DNA from: an uncultured Chloroflexia bacterium
Lineage (GTDB): Bacteria > Chloroflexota > Limnocylindria > QHBO01
Direction: 5' to 3'
Assembly (NCBI GenBank): GCA_963825525.1
Contig: CAWGTN010000002.1
Coordinates: 393,021-457,020, forward strand
DNA: 64,000 nucleotides
Shown piece after piece: positions 16,490 to 25,704 of the stretch. Under the pieces are notes generated by a model, which searched no databases, was not told the origin of the DNA, and was given only the letters and a program-made list of their open reading frames with translations. A program made the translations under genes and the position numbers. Positions within the stretch are counted from its first letter, which is position 1. Every line of letters starts with the position of its first letter.

Positions 16490-16978
16490 TCGCCCTCGAA
16501 CGCGCCTGTCTTCGTAGACGTCGCCCACGATGATGCCGGCGATGCGGCCGGATGAGATCGCCTCGATCGGGATGGACATGGCGTCGCCGTATTCCGAGTG
16601 CATGACGACCTCCCCGACGCCAGGCGAATCCAGCGTCGATACGGACTCAACCGGGGCACCGTCGACCGTGGTCAGGGACACGACGCGCGAGCCGGGGTAG
16701 ATGCCGTTGCGCGCGGCGTTCCCATCAGGCGTGACGGACACGACGAAGACGCCCGGGAGGGTCGCATCCGCGAATCCGGGCAAGGGCATCATCGCGGCGG
16801 CCTGCGATCCCTCCGCGAGCTCGAGCCCGATGGCGACGCGGCCGTTCGCCCACAACGCGACGCTCGACAGCACGGCGCCGGTCGCGATGAGGATCGCCAG
16901 GACGTCGCGCCAGGTGGGTCGCAGCGGCATGCTCGGACCATACCAGCGCTCCATCGGCCCACCAATGCGGTAGATCAC
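16490..16978 (-). CDS. membrane-anchored PDZ domain protein, N-terminal part; reading frame lost near 16500 (possibly one gene with 15313..16458)
   Basis: Product begins MIYRIGGPMERWYGPSMPLRPTWRDVLAILIATGAVLSSVALW, followed by a PDZ-like GVFVVSVTPDGNAARNGIYPGSRVVSLTTVDGAPV. After IIVGDVYEDRR the frame turns to Arg-rich nonsense. Confidence 0.5.
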
Positions 16979-17182
16979 CTAATCGGAAGCGGTGAGCCAC
17001 CGGATGGGCGTCGGCTCATCTCACGGTCACCATTGGCTGCCGAGGAGGTGAATCGATGCAGACCCTTCGCGCGTCCGCCATCGCGGTCCCGTTCGTCGCC
17101 CTCGCCGTGCTGGTGGCGCTGCTCTCTCTGATCGTCGGGCCGGGGGCCTAGGCGTCTTTGCCGGCTAAGCACCGAGATTCGG

Positions 17183-17611
17183 CTAGGCGGGCGAGGCGTC
17201 CCCGATTTGACGGCCTTCACCTTCGCAGCCCCAGCCGATCCTTGGCTGCGGACGGCCACCGATCAAGGGTCCGTCGCGTTCGACGAACACGATGAGCTGC
17301 TCGTTCGGTGTCCCCGCGACGTCGCCAACTTCGCCGTCGGGCGGCGGCACGCACCAGCACTCGGAGTAGCCTGCGTTCCCGTTCATCGACGTCCCGTAGG
17401 AGTAGCGCCAGCTTGGACGGATGCCAGCAGCCTCGAGCGCCGCGCTCGCCTCTTCGGCGCTGAGTCCGGTGATCGGAGGCACTTCCCTGTCGCCAAGCAC
17501 CTCATCGGCAGCCGGCGGGTCCTGGCAAGCCAAACCGCTCTCTCCGATCCCGAGCCCGCACGCCGTCAGCACCGTGAACAGGCCGATGAGCAACCCGACT
17601 CGCACGACCAT
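17183..17611 (-). CDS. lipoprotein with PASTA-like domain
   Basis: Lipobox LTAC; motif ITGLSAEEASAALEAAGIRPSW. Confidence 0.6.
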   Translation of the reverse strand: MVVRVGLLIGLFTVLTACGLGIGESGLACQDPPAADEVLGDREVPPITGLSAEEASAALEAAGIRPSWRYSYGTSMNGNAGYSECWCVPPPDGEVGDVAGTPNEQLIVFVERDGPLIGGRPQPRIGWGCEGEGRQIGDASPA

Positions 17612-17612
17612 G

Positions 17613-17714
17613 CTACGAGCGGCGGAACGCGAAGATCATCACCACGATCACGATGATGACCACGACCAGCCCCACGATGAGCCCGACTGGCGAGCCAACA
17701 TCGACCGTATTCAC
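17613..17714 (-). CDS. candidate small single-TM peptide (33 aa)
   Basis: GTG start giving MNTVDVGSPVGLIVGLVVVIIVIVVMIFAFRRS; the stop TAG abuts the lipoprotein ATG. The complementary strand here reads as a His/Asp-rich low-complexity stretch. Confidence 0.3.
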   Translation of the reverse strand: MNTVDVGSPVGLIVGLVVVIIVIVVMIFAFRRS

Positions 17715-17739
17715 GCGGCGATCCTCCCCTGGGTCGTTC

Positions 17740-17815
17740 TGGCGCCCCCGGAGGGATTCGAACCCCCGACGCCCGCCTTAGGACGGCGGCGCTCTATCCA
17801 CTGAGCTACGGGGGC
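17740..17815 (-). tRNA. tRNA-Arg (anticodon CCT)
   Basis: Manual fold: acceptor GCCCCCG/CGGGGGC, D-arm GCTCAGTGGATAGAGC, anticodon stem CCGCC/GGCGG with loop GTCCTAA, T-arm GGGGGTTCGAATCCCTC, encoded CCA. Confidence 0.9.
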
Positions 17816-17849
17816 GGCGCCAGCTCAAGCCTACCGTATCATCCGCGCC

Positions 17850-18083
17850 ATGCCGTCCCGTCCCACGCTCTATGTCCGCCACGGGTGCCACCTGTGCGAG
17901 GACGCGAGCGTCCTTCTCGACGCCATGCTGGGAGCCGATGGATGGGACGCGGTCGACATCGAGGCCGATGACGACCTCCTCGTGCGCTACGCGCACCGAA
18001 TCCCCGTGCTCGCCGTCGACGGCGAGGATCGGTGCGAACTGATGATCACCCGTCCCGACGTCGAGGCGGCGCTGGCCCGATGA
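17850..18083 (+). CDS. glutaredoxin-like protein (DUF836 family)
   Basis: 77 aa with CHLC (CxxC) near the N-terminus; the stop overlaps the next start (ATGA). Confidence 0.8.
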   Translation: MPSRPTLYVRHGCHLCEDASVLLDAMLGADGWDAVDIEADDDLLVRYAHRIPVLAVDGEDRCELMITRPDVEAALAR

Positions 18084-18637
18084 TCCCCGCGGTGCTGCGG
18101 CGACGTCGGTGGAGCCTCGCATGGCTCATCGGCATCATCGGCCTGGCGATCGTATTCGGCGTGCTGGCGACCATCCCGCTGCTGCGCGGCACGCCCGACG
18201 GTCGGAGTGGGCCCCTGGTCGGCCAGCCGGCGCCTGAATTCCGGCTCGAGGACCTCGCGGGCCGCACCTGGTCCCTCGATGAGGCCGATGGCCGCCTGGT
18301 CTGGGTCAACTTCTGGGCCACGAGCTGCGAGCCATGCCGCACCGAGATGCCGGCCATGCAACGCCTGGCGGACGCCTACCCCGACGAGCTGCTCATCCTT
18401 GGGATCGATTGGGGCGAGGGACGCGACGCTGTCACAGACTTCGTCGACCGCTACGGCGTCGAGTATCCGATCCTGCTGGACCCCACTCTCGAGACCTACT
18501 ACCGCTGGGCGGGAACGGACGGCCTTCCACGCCACTACTTCATCGGCGCCGAGGGGACCGTCCTGCGAGAGGTGATCGGCCCGCTCGATCCGGCACGCAT
18601 GGTGACGATCGTCGAGGAGCTACTGGAGGGGGCGTGA
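18080..18637 (+). CDS. TlpA/ResA-family thiol-disulfide oxidoreductase (membrane-anchored thioredoxin fold)
   Basis: N-terminal TM anchor; active-site motif WATSCEPC. Confidence 0.85.
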   Translation: MIPAVLRRRRWSLAWLIGIIGLAIVFGVLATIPLLRGTPDGRSGPLVGQPAPEFRLEDLAGRTWSLDEADGRLVWVNFWATSCEPCRTEMPAMQRLADAYPDELLILGIDWGEGRDAVTDFVDRYGVEYPILLDPTLETYYRWAGTDGLPRHYFIGAEGTVLREVIGPLDPARMVTIVEELLEGA

Positions 18638-18693
18638 GCGCGAAACAGGCCGGGCGTCGCGCCCGGCCTGTTGGCATGTGGATCGGCTCGAGG

Positions 18694-19128
18694 TCAGCCC
18701 TCGACGACGATCGCCCCGGTCATCTCGGCCGGGTGCAGGTCGCACACGAAGAAGTACTCCCCCGCCTCGAGCGTGGGAACCTCGACCTCGACAGTCGCGC
18801 CGGCGTCGATGATCTCGCCGGTGACGATGGCCTCGCCACCCTCCTCGGTGTAGACGCTGAAGTTGTGCGGGACGGTGTCGTTGTTGACGAGGGTGACGGT
18901 GAACGCCTCGCCGGCCGTCGCCTGGATAACGTTGGCGTCGAACGCCAGGTCGGCCGCGGTGATCTCGGCGGCGCCATCGATGACGCCGATGGTGCCACCA
19001 CCTGTGTTGTCGTCATCGGCCGACGCGCCGTCGCCGCTCCCGGAAGAGCACGCCGCGAGCACGAAGGCGAGGGTAGCGAGGATGATCAGGAACGGCGCAC
19101 GACGCAGCGCCGATGGGTTGGTCTTCAT
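18694..19128 (-). CDS. blue copper (cupredoxin/plastocyanin-like) lipoprotein
   Basis: ATG at 19128; lipobox LAAC. Type-1 copper ligands ...PHNF... and C-terminal CDLHPAEM (Cys-x2-His-x2-Met). Confidence 0.8.
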   Translation of the reverse strand: MKTNPSALRRAPFLIILATLAFVLAACSSGSGDGASADDDNTGGGTIGVIDGAAEITAADLAFDANVIQATAGEAFTVTLVNNDTVPHNFSVYTEEGGEAIVTGEIIDAGATVEVEVPTLEAGEYFFVCDLHPAEMTGAIVVEG

Positions 19129-19226
19129 TCGAGGAATTGTCCTTTCGACGAAGTCGATGCGGCTTCGGAAGTGGCGTCTCGCATGATACCCGGGTGAGCG
19201 CGTCACGTCCGGTGCCGACCAAGCGC

Positions 19227-20105
19227 TCAGTCGGCCGCGCGGTAGCCCCTTTCAGTCGCCTCGATCCGGATCGGCAGCGCACCTGGGTCGTGCGTGAAGT
19301 AGCACCACCAGCCCTCCGTCGCGGCGCGCGCCACGAGCTCGTTGCGGACCTCGATGGCGTCGATCGGATAGTCGTCGTACGCGCTGGTCCAGCGCACGGG
19401 AATCTGCCATCGGGTCGGAATCAGGTCGCCCCAGAAGATCGCACGTTCGGTCGGGTCGCCGGCGCGCCCGCGCGCGCGCTCAGTGCCCAGCAGCACGGCC
19501 TGCGAGCCGCGGGTATGGCCTCCCGTGCGAAGAACCCGAACGCCTTCCACGAGCTCCACCTCGCCATTGACTTCCGCCAGCTGGCCGGCCGCCCGCACAG
19601 CGTCCAGCTGCTCGACTTCCATGACGCCCTGCAGCCGAAGCTCGTCGCCGTGGGCCGCTTCCGCCTCGTCGCGCTGGATGACGTAGCGCGCATTCGGAAA
19701 CGCGGGGGTTCCGTCCGCACCGAGCATCCCGCCGGCATGGTCGTAGTGAAGATGAGAAACGACCACGAAGTCGATGGAGGCCGGATCCTCGCCGACCGCG
19801 CGCAGGGCCGCCACCGGGTCACCGCCCTCGACGCCCTTGATGTCGCGATCCTTGTCGCTCATCCGCACGCCGGTCCCGGTCTCGACCAGGATTCGCTTGC
19901 CGCCGGCCTCGACGAGCAGAAGGTTCAGGCGACAGGTCAATCGGCCGCGATCGTCCACCTCGACCAGCCGGCTCCACAGCGGCTTCGGCACGACGCCGAA
20001 GAAGCCGCCGGCATCGGGCCGGAACCAGCCGGAGCGCAGGACCCGGACCGACACGTTGCCGGCGAAGACGCGCGCCTCGCCAAGATGGTGGAGCGGCTCG
20101 CTCAT
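19227..20105 (-). CDS. MBL-fold metallo-hydrolase
   Basis: Motif HLHYDHAGG. Confidence 0.85.
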   Translation of the reverse strand: MSEPLHHLGEARVFAGNVSVRVLRSGWFRPDAGGFFGVVPKPLWSRLVEVDDRGRLTCRLNLLLVEAGGKRILVETGTGVRMSDKDRDIKGVEGGDPVAALRAVGEDPASIDFVVVSHLHYDHAGGMLGADGTPAFPNARYVIQRDEAEAAHGDELRLQGVMEVEQLDAVRAAGQLAEVNGEVELVEGVRVLRTGGHTRGSQAVLLGTERARGRAGDPTERAIFWGDLIPTRWQIPVRWTSAYDDYPIDAIEVRNELVARAATEGWWCYFTHDPGALPIRIEATERGYRAAD

Positions 20106-20683
20106 CGGCTCACGCGGCCGCGATCGAAGTCGGCGTGGTAGCGGCTGGCCGTGGGATCCGTCTGGCCGCGGTACTTGCTCCCGATCCGCTTGTCGCCGTA
20201 GCCGATCTCGACCGGCGAGCTGAGGCGTTGGAAGCTGATCTGGCCGATCTTCATGCCGTCGTAGAGCTTGATCGGCAGGTTGGCCACGTTGCTCAGCTCG
20301 AGCGTCAGCGTGCCTTCCCAGCCCGGATCCACGTAGCCGGCCGTCGAATGGATGAGGAGGCCCAGGCGTCCCAGGCTCGACTTGCCCTCCAGCCGCGCGA
20401 CGAGGTCGTCGGGCAGGGCCACGCGTTCGAACGTGGCGCCAAGCACGAACTCGCCGGGGTGGAGGATGAATGGCTCGTCGCCGATGATCTCCACCAGCTC
20501 GGTGAGCTCCGGCTGGTCGGCCCTGGGGTCGATCACCGCAGTGCGGTTGTTCCTGAACACGCGGAAGCGATTGCCCAGGTGCAGGTCAACGCTCGATGGC
20601 TGGACAGCCTCAGGTGTGTATGGGTCAACGACGATTCGGCCCGCGTCGATCTCGGCGCGGATGTCGCGGTCGGACAGGATCAT
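20102..20683 (-). CDS. dcd: dCTP deaminase
   Basis: Product begins [22 protein letters not shown]...VDLHLG; full-length match to Dcd. Confidence 0.9.
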   Translation of the reverse strand: MILSDRDIRAEIDAGRIVVDPYTPEAVQPSSVDLHLGNRFRVFRNNRTAVIDPRADQPELTELVEIIGDEPFILHPGEFVLGATFERVALPDDLVARLEGKSSLGRLGLLIHSTAGYVDPGWEGTLTLELSNVANLPIKLYDGMKIGQISFQRLSSPVEIGYGDKRIGSKYRGQTDPTASRYHADFDRGRVSR

Positions 20684-20695
20684 GCGTCGCTGATC

Positions 20696-21160
20696 TTACG
20701 ACCCCGGCCGCTGCTTGATGAGCCGATCGACTTCGCGCTGCAACGTCTCGATGTCGTCGTACGCGTGATAGACCGATGCAAAGCGGATGTAGGCCAGCTG
20801 GTCGAGCTCACGCAGGGCGTCCGTCGCCAGGCGCCCGATCTCGGTGGATGGCAGCTCGGCGTCGCCGCGGGTGCGCAGCTGGCTCTCGATGTCGTCGAGT
20901 GCGGCCTCTACCCGGTCGAGCGTCACCGGGCGCTTCTGGAGCGCCTTGAGCAGACCCGTGCGCAGCTTCTCGCGGTCGAACTCCTGTCGGCTGCCGTCAC
21001 GCTTGATGACGACGAGGCGCGCGCCCTCAGGCCGCTCGTAGGTCGTGAAGCGATATGAGCACGTCTCGCACTCTCGTCGTCGGCGGATGGTGCTCCCGGC
21101 TTCGAGGTCGCGCGAGTCGATGACGCGCGTGCCGGTCTCTTCGCAGCGTGGACATCGCAT
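20696..21160 (-). CDS. nrdR: transcriptional repressor NrdR
   Basis: Product begins MRCPRCEETGTRVIDSRDLEAGSTIRRRRECETCSYRFTTYE (zinc ribbon plus ATP-cone). The in-frame 5' extension of the ORF is nonsense. Confidence 0.9.
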   Translation of the reverse strand: MRCPRCEETGTRVIDSRDLEAGSTIRRRRECETCSYRFTTYERPEGARLVVIKRDGSRQEFDREKLRTGLLKALQKRPVTLDRVEAALDDIESQLRTRGDAELPSTEIGRLATDALRELDQLAYIRFASVYHAYDDIETLQREVDRLIKQRPGS

Positions 21161-21246
21161 GAGTCTGAGCGTGGCTCCGTTGCGGACTACACCAGTGGTT
21201 GTACCGTTCCGGAGAGTACCACAACATGTGGACCTCGAAGCGGACG

Positions 21247-21765
21247 TCAGCGCTGGCGAGTGCGCTCCAGACGCGCGGTGACGGATCCGTCGGCAAGCAG
21301 CCCCGGCTCCCAGTGAAGCAGGACATCCACGATCTCGGTCATGCGCAGCCGGGCGTGGGTGACGTTGGCGTGGGCCCGCTTGTAGTACGTGAACGGCTCT
21401 TCGTCGCCCGGGGGCCGATGCGGAAGCCGCGTCAGCGAGCATCCGCGCTCGGCGGTGACGATCCCGCGCAGCACGCGTTCCAGGTTGGCCTCGTACTCCA
21501 TGTGGAGCCCGTGGAGATCCTCGGGCGCCATCATGCCCTGCAGGCCCATGACCTCATCGTCGAGCGTGTCCTCCTGGGCGGTGAGCCGCTCGACCGCCTC
21601 GTCGGGGTCGAGATCCCGCCGCCGGAGCGCGTCGATCTCGTCGGCGACCGAGGCGATCTGGCCGTCGATGCGCGCGGAGCGATCCGACATCTCGTTGCGG
21701 TACGCGGCCAGCTCCTTGCCGGGTCCGAAGACACTCCGTCGCCGGCCGCCGAACAGCACCTTCAT
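21247..21765 (-). CDS. hypothetical coiled-coil protein
   Basis: 172-aa acidic, helical ORF with good G/C preference at third codon positions. The overlapping 641-aa plus-strand ORF is an antisense artefact. Confidence 0.5.
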   Translation of the reverse strand: MKVLFGGRRRSVFGPGKELAAYRNEMSDRSARIDGQIASVADEIDALRRRDLDPDEAVERLTAQEDTLDDEVMGLQGMMAPEDLHGLHMEYEANLERVLRGIVTAERGCSLTRLPHRPPGDEEPFTYYKRAHANVTHARLRMTEIVDVLLHWEPGLLADGSVTARLERTRQR

Positions 21766-21774
21766 GCTCGTAGC

Positions 21775-22764
21775 CTACCCGCTGGCCGACGATTTGCGGC
21801 GGCGAATCTCGGCAGTCAGGGCCGGCACGATCTGGAACAGGTCCCCGACCACGAACAGGTCCGCGAACTCGCCGATGGGAGCGTCCGGATCACGGTTGAT
21901 GGCCACGACGTGCTCCGCGGTCTGCATGCCGACCCGGTGCTGGATGGCACCACTGATTCCCGCGCCGATGTAGAGCGCCGGCTTCACGACCTTGCCGGTC
22001 TGGCCGATCTGGAGCTGGTACGGGATCCAACCCGCGTCGGCCGCGGCACGCGACGCGCCGACGGCACCACCCAGCGCCTCGGCCAGCTCGCGCAGCGGGC
22101 CGAAGCCCTCCTCGCCGCCGACACCGCGGCCGCCGGCCACGATGATCGTCGCCTCCTCGAGGTTGACGACCTTTGCATCGGCCTCGTGGCTCTCGGCGAC
22201 GGTTGCCTTCCCCAGTGCCGACTCGGCGGCCTCGGGCGCCCCGCTGACCTCTGCCGTGCCGGAACCGCCATCGGCGGGCGTGAACGTGTTGGCGAGCACC
22301 AGGACCACCGATGGCGTCGGGGCCCCGTCCGCCGGTCGGGCGGTGGTGATGACGCGCCCCTGCAAGGTCGCCTGCTCGGACTCGACCACGCCGTCGACGA
22401 TCCGCGCGGCGCGCACGGGGCCGAATGCCGGAAGGTCGAGCGATCCCACGAGCGCAGCAGCCAGGTCGCGTCCGTTGGGCGTTGCCGGGGCGAGGACCGC
22501 GAGGCCGGCGTCGCGTGCCGCCGCGATCGCTGCGGGCGCGTAGGTGATGGCCGGGCGATCCTCATTGCCCAGCACGATGGCGCGCGCGGCGCCATGGGCA
22601 CCCAAGGCAGCGGCACCTTCGGCGGCGCCGGCTCCGTACGCCAGGGCCACGGCGCTGCCGCCGGACTGAGATGCCAGCTCGGCCGCACCGGTTGCGAGCT
22701 CGAGAGCCGAGCGGGCCGGCGCTCCGCCGGTGAACTCGGCCAGGAACAGGATGTCGTTGCTCAT
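21775..22764 (-). CDS. etfA: electron transfer flavoprotein subunit alpha
   Basis: FAD-binding C-terminal region [31 protein letters not shown]. Confidence 0.9.
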   Translation of the reverse strand: MSNDILFLAEFTGGAPARSALELATGAAELASQSGGSAVALAYGAGAAEGAAALGAHGAARAIVLGNEDRPAITYAPAAIAAARDAGLAVLAPATPNGRDLAAALVGSLDLPAFGPVRAARIVDGVVESEQATLQGRVITTARPADGAPTPSVVLVLANTFTPADGGSGTAEVSGAPEAAESALGKATVAESHEADAKVVNLEEATIIVAGGRGVGGEEGFGPLRELAEALGGAVGASRAAADAGWIPYQLQIGQTGKVVKPALYIGAGISGAIQHRVGMQTAEHVVAINRDPDAPIGEFADLFVVGDLFQIVPALTAEIRRRKSSASG

Positions 22765-22766
22765 GG

Positions 22767-23549
22767 TCAGATCAGCTTTCGTGAGGCGAGCCAGTCGGCG
22801 ATCTTGGCCGCGGCTTCGGGGGCTGGCAGGTCGGCGATCCGCTCCGTGGGAGGCTTCTCCTCCGGGGCGCGCGCATCGGTGACCTTGGTCAGGGCCGCGC
22901 CGTGGAGATCATCGGCCGAAAGGCCGACGTCACTCAGTGACCACGTCTCCATCGGCTTGCGCTTGGCGGCCATGATGCCCTTGAGGCTGGCGTACCGCGG
23001 CTCGCCGACCTGGTCGGTCACCGTGGCGACCACCGGCAGCGGTGCGGCGATCCAGTCGAATCCGGCTGCCGACAGCCGACGCACGCGCGCCTCACCGTCG
23101 GACAGCGCGAGCTCGGACCCGTAGGAGAGCAGCGGGACGTCGCGCATCGCGGCCACCGCACCGGGCACCAGCGAGCCGCGGGCGTCGTCCGAGGCCATGC
23201 CCATGAGCGCCACATCGGGCGCCAACTTGTCGAGCGCGGCCGCGAGCACTTTGGCGGTGGTCCACTCGTCCGCGCCGACCAGCGCCGCATCGGTGATGAG
23301 CACCGCATCGTCACCGCCCATGGCGAGCGCGCGTCGAAGGGCCTCCGACGCCTGGTCGGGCCCCATCGAGAGGTAGGTCACGGACTCTACGGTGCCGGCA
23401 TCCACGAGGCGCAGCGCCTGCTCGATGGCGTACTCGTCGAGAGGGTTGATGATGGCCTCGACACCGGTGCGGTCGAGGCGCAGGTCATCGGTATAGCGCT
23501 TGTCGGCGCTGGTTGCCGGGACCTGCTTGATACAGACGACGATCTTCAC
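22767..23549 (-). CDS. etfB: electron transfer flavoprotein subunit beta
   Basis: GTG at 23549 gives (M)[10 protein letters not shown]...; length ~260 aa as expected for EtfB. Confidence 0.9.
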   Translation of the reverse strand: MKIVVCIKQVPATSADKRYTDDLRLDRTGVEAIINPLDEYAIEQALRLVDAGTVESVTYLSMGPDQASEALRRALAMGGDDAVLITDAALVGADEWTTAKVLAAALDKLAPDVALMGMASDDARGSLVPGAVAAMRDVPLLSYGSELALSDGEARVRRLSAAGFDWIAAPLPVVATVTDQVGEPRYASLKGIMAAKRKPMETWSLSDVGLSADDLHGAALTKVTDARAPEEKPPTERIADLPAPEAAAKIADWLASRKLI

Positions 23550-23571
23550 GATCCGCTTGCACTGCTCCTGT

Positions 23572-24741
23572 CTACGAGCCCCGCTTCGCCACGCCGGCCC
23601 GCTGGAGGAGCTGGCGCGCGATGATGAGGCGCTGGATCTGCTGGGTTCCCTCGTACAGCTGCGTGATCTTGGCGTCACGCATCATGCGCTCGACCGGATA
23701 CTCGGTGATGTAGCCGTACCCGCCCAGAACCTGGACGGCGTCGGTGGTCACGCGCATGGCAGTGTCACCTGCCACCAGCTTCGCGCTCGACGTCCAGTAT
23801 GGGAGGTCGGGCGCATTCGCATCAACGCGAGCCGCGGCCGCGTAGGTGAGCTGCCGGGCCGCCTCGTTCTGGGATGTCATGTCGGCAAGCATCCACCCGA
23901 TGCCCTGGAAGTCGGCCACGCGTTGGCCGAACTGCTGGCGGTCGGCTGCATAGGCCACCGCGGCGTCGATGGCTCCCTGCGCGATGCCCACGGCCTGCGC
24001 CGCGATCCCGAGCCGGCTGCGGTCCAGGGTCTCCATCGCGATCCTGAAACCCTCCCCCTCCTCGCCGAGGCGGTTGGCGAGCGGCACGCGGACGTCGTCG
24101 AATGTGAGCTCTGCCGTGGGCGAGCCTCGGATCCCCATCTTGTGCTCGACCCGCGGAGCCGCGAAGCCGGGCGTATCGGCCTCGACGATGAAGGCGCTCA
24201 TGCCCTTGCGCCCGCCGGCCTCCGCATCGGTGATGGCGAATACGGTCAGAACGTTGGCCACGCTGCCGTGGGTGATGAAGCGCTTGCTGCCGTTCAGGAC
24301 GTAGACATCGCCATCGCGCACCGCGCGCATGTGGTTGCTTGCCACGTCGCTGCCGGCCGCGGCCTCGGTCAGCCCGAAGGCGATCAGCCACTCGCCCGAG
24401 GCGAGCCGCGGGAAGTAGCGGTCTCTCTGCTCGTCGGACCCGGCCAGGATGATCGGCAGGGCGCCGAGCTTCTGGACGATCGGGATGAGGCTGGTCGTCG
24501 CGTCCGCCCGGGCGATCTCCTCGACCAGGATGCTCTGCGCGACCGTGTCGAGGTTCGTGCCGCCGTGCCGCTCCTCGAAGCAGGTCCCGAGGAGGTCCTG
24601 CTGGGCGAGCAGCTGGCGGAGGTCCTCGGGGAACTCGGCCTTCGCGTCGATGTCGGCGGCGCGTGGCGCGATCTTCTCGTCGGCCAGCTCGCGCACCACG
24701 GCGCGCAGCTCATCGTGCTCTGCGGTCGGAAGGTAGGTCAC
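23572..24741 (-). CDS. acyl-CoA dehydrogenase
   Basis: 389 aa; motifs GSDVAS and YEGTQQIQRLIIARQLL. Confidence 0.9.
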   Translation of the reverse strand: MTYLPTAEHDELRAVVRELADEKIAPRAADIDAKAEFPEDLRQLLAQQDLLGTCFEERHGGTNLDTVAQSILVEEIARADATTSLIPIVQKLGALPIILAGSDEQRDRYFPRLASGEWLIAFGLTEAAAGSDVASNHMRAVRDGDVYVLNGSKRFITHGSVANVLTVFAITDAEAGGRKGMSAFIVEADTPGFAAPRVEHKMGIRGSPTAELTFDDVRVPLANRLGEEGEGFRIAMETLDRSRLGIAAQAVGIAQGAIDAAVAYAADRQQFGQRVADFQGIGWMLADMTSQNEAARQLTYAAAARVDANAPDLPYWTSSAKLVAGDTAMRVTTDAVQVLGGYGYITEYPVERMMRDAKITQLYEGTQQIQRLIIARQLLQRAGVAKRGS

Positions 24742-24837
24742 TCGGCTCCTCGGGCGCGGAGTTCTGCGGCAGGGGCTCGGGCGATTGAGTGTAGCGGATC
24801 GACGGCGCAGATCAGCCGAGCGGCGGAGCCGCCACGT

Positions 24838-25704
24838 TCAGTCGTGTGGCCCCTGGAGCTCCACCTGTCCATCGTGCACCCGGGCACGGTAGGTCACCTG
24901 GCGAGTCGACGCCGGTCCGTGGACCACGGCACCGTCGCGGAGACGGAACACCGATCCGTGCCAAGGACAGCTGATCGTCCCGTCGCGCAGCTCACCTTCC
25001 GAGAGCGGGCCACCGGCGTGCGAGCAGGTGTCCTTGAGCGCATGGACCAGGTCGCCACGGCGGACGAGGACCACCTTGGTCGCGCCGAAGCTCACCTGGG
25101 TGGCCTCGCCATCGGGCACCTCGGCGACCGGAGCGACCGCGGTGAACTCCTTCGCGCGCTTGCCACGGCTGAATGCGTTGTGGTTGACCATGTAGCCGTA
25201 CTTGAAGACGACATGGCCGCCGATGTAGGAGCCGACCGAGATGATCCCGTAGCCGATCAGCATCGGCCAGAACGCTCCGTCCACATTCCCGCCGAGCCGC
25301 AGCGCGAGCGAGATGCCGAATCCGGCCATCCCGACGAAGTTGATGATGCCGTGGAGCCCGACCACGTTGCGCTCGTTGCCCGATGCCGTGTCCTTGAAAT
25401 CGGTCCAGCCCGACAGGATGGATCCGACGCCCGCGGCATAGGTCAGCGCAAGTACCCAGGTCGCCGCGTCCTCCGTGCCGGACGCTCCGAACACGACGCG
25501 CAGCACGTCCAGGAAGACGACGGCCGTCGCGCCGCCGATGACGACGTCGACGAGCACCGGGTGGAGCGAATGGCCGAGCCACGAGCCGTTGAGGAGATCC
25601 TGGAGCAGCTTGCCGGGTCTCCCCAGGACGCGAAAGACCGCGTTGAGGAACCCGGCCAGCCAGTTCAACAGGCCGGCGAGTGGCTTGGCGGCACGCTCGA
25701 TCAT
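24838..25704 (-). CDS. DUF2231-type membrane domain fused to Rieske [2Fe-2S] domain protein
   Basis: ATG at 25704 shares a base with the stop of the upstream aminotransferase (TGATG). The C-terminus carries CSHAGGPL...CPWHGS. Confidence 0.8.
   Translation of the reverse strand: MIERAAKPLAGLLNWLAGFLNAVFRVLGRPGKLLQDLLNGSWLGHSLHPVLVDVVIGGATAVVFLDVLRVVFGASGTEDAATWVLALTYAAGVGSILSGWTDFKDTASGNERNVVGLHGIINFVGMAGFGISLALRLGGNVDGAFWPMLIGYGIISVGSYIGGHVVFKYGYMVNHNAFSRGKRAKEFTAVAPVAEVPDGEATQVSFGATKVVLVRRGDLVHALKDTCSHAGGPLSEGELRDGTISCPWHGSVFRLRDGAVVHGPASTRQVTYRARVHDGQVELQGPHD

Noticed and set aside
17740-17850. Genomic island or integrase at tRNA-Arg and tRNA-Pro
   Set aside because: No integrase, direct-repeat attachment sites or compositional shift flank either tRNA; the adjacent genes are ordinary redox and housekeeping genes.
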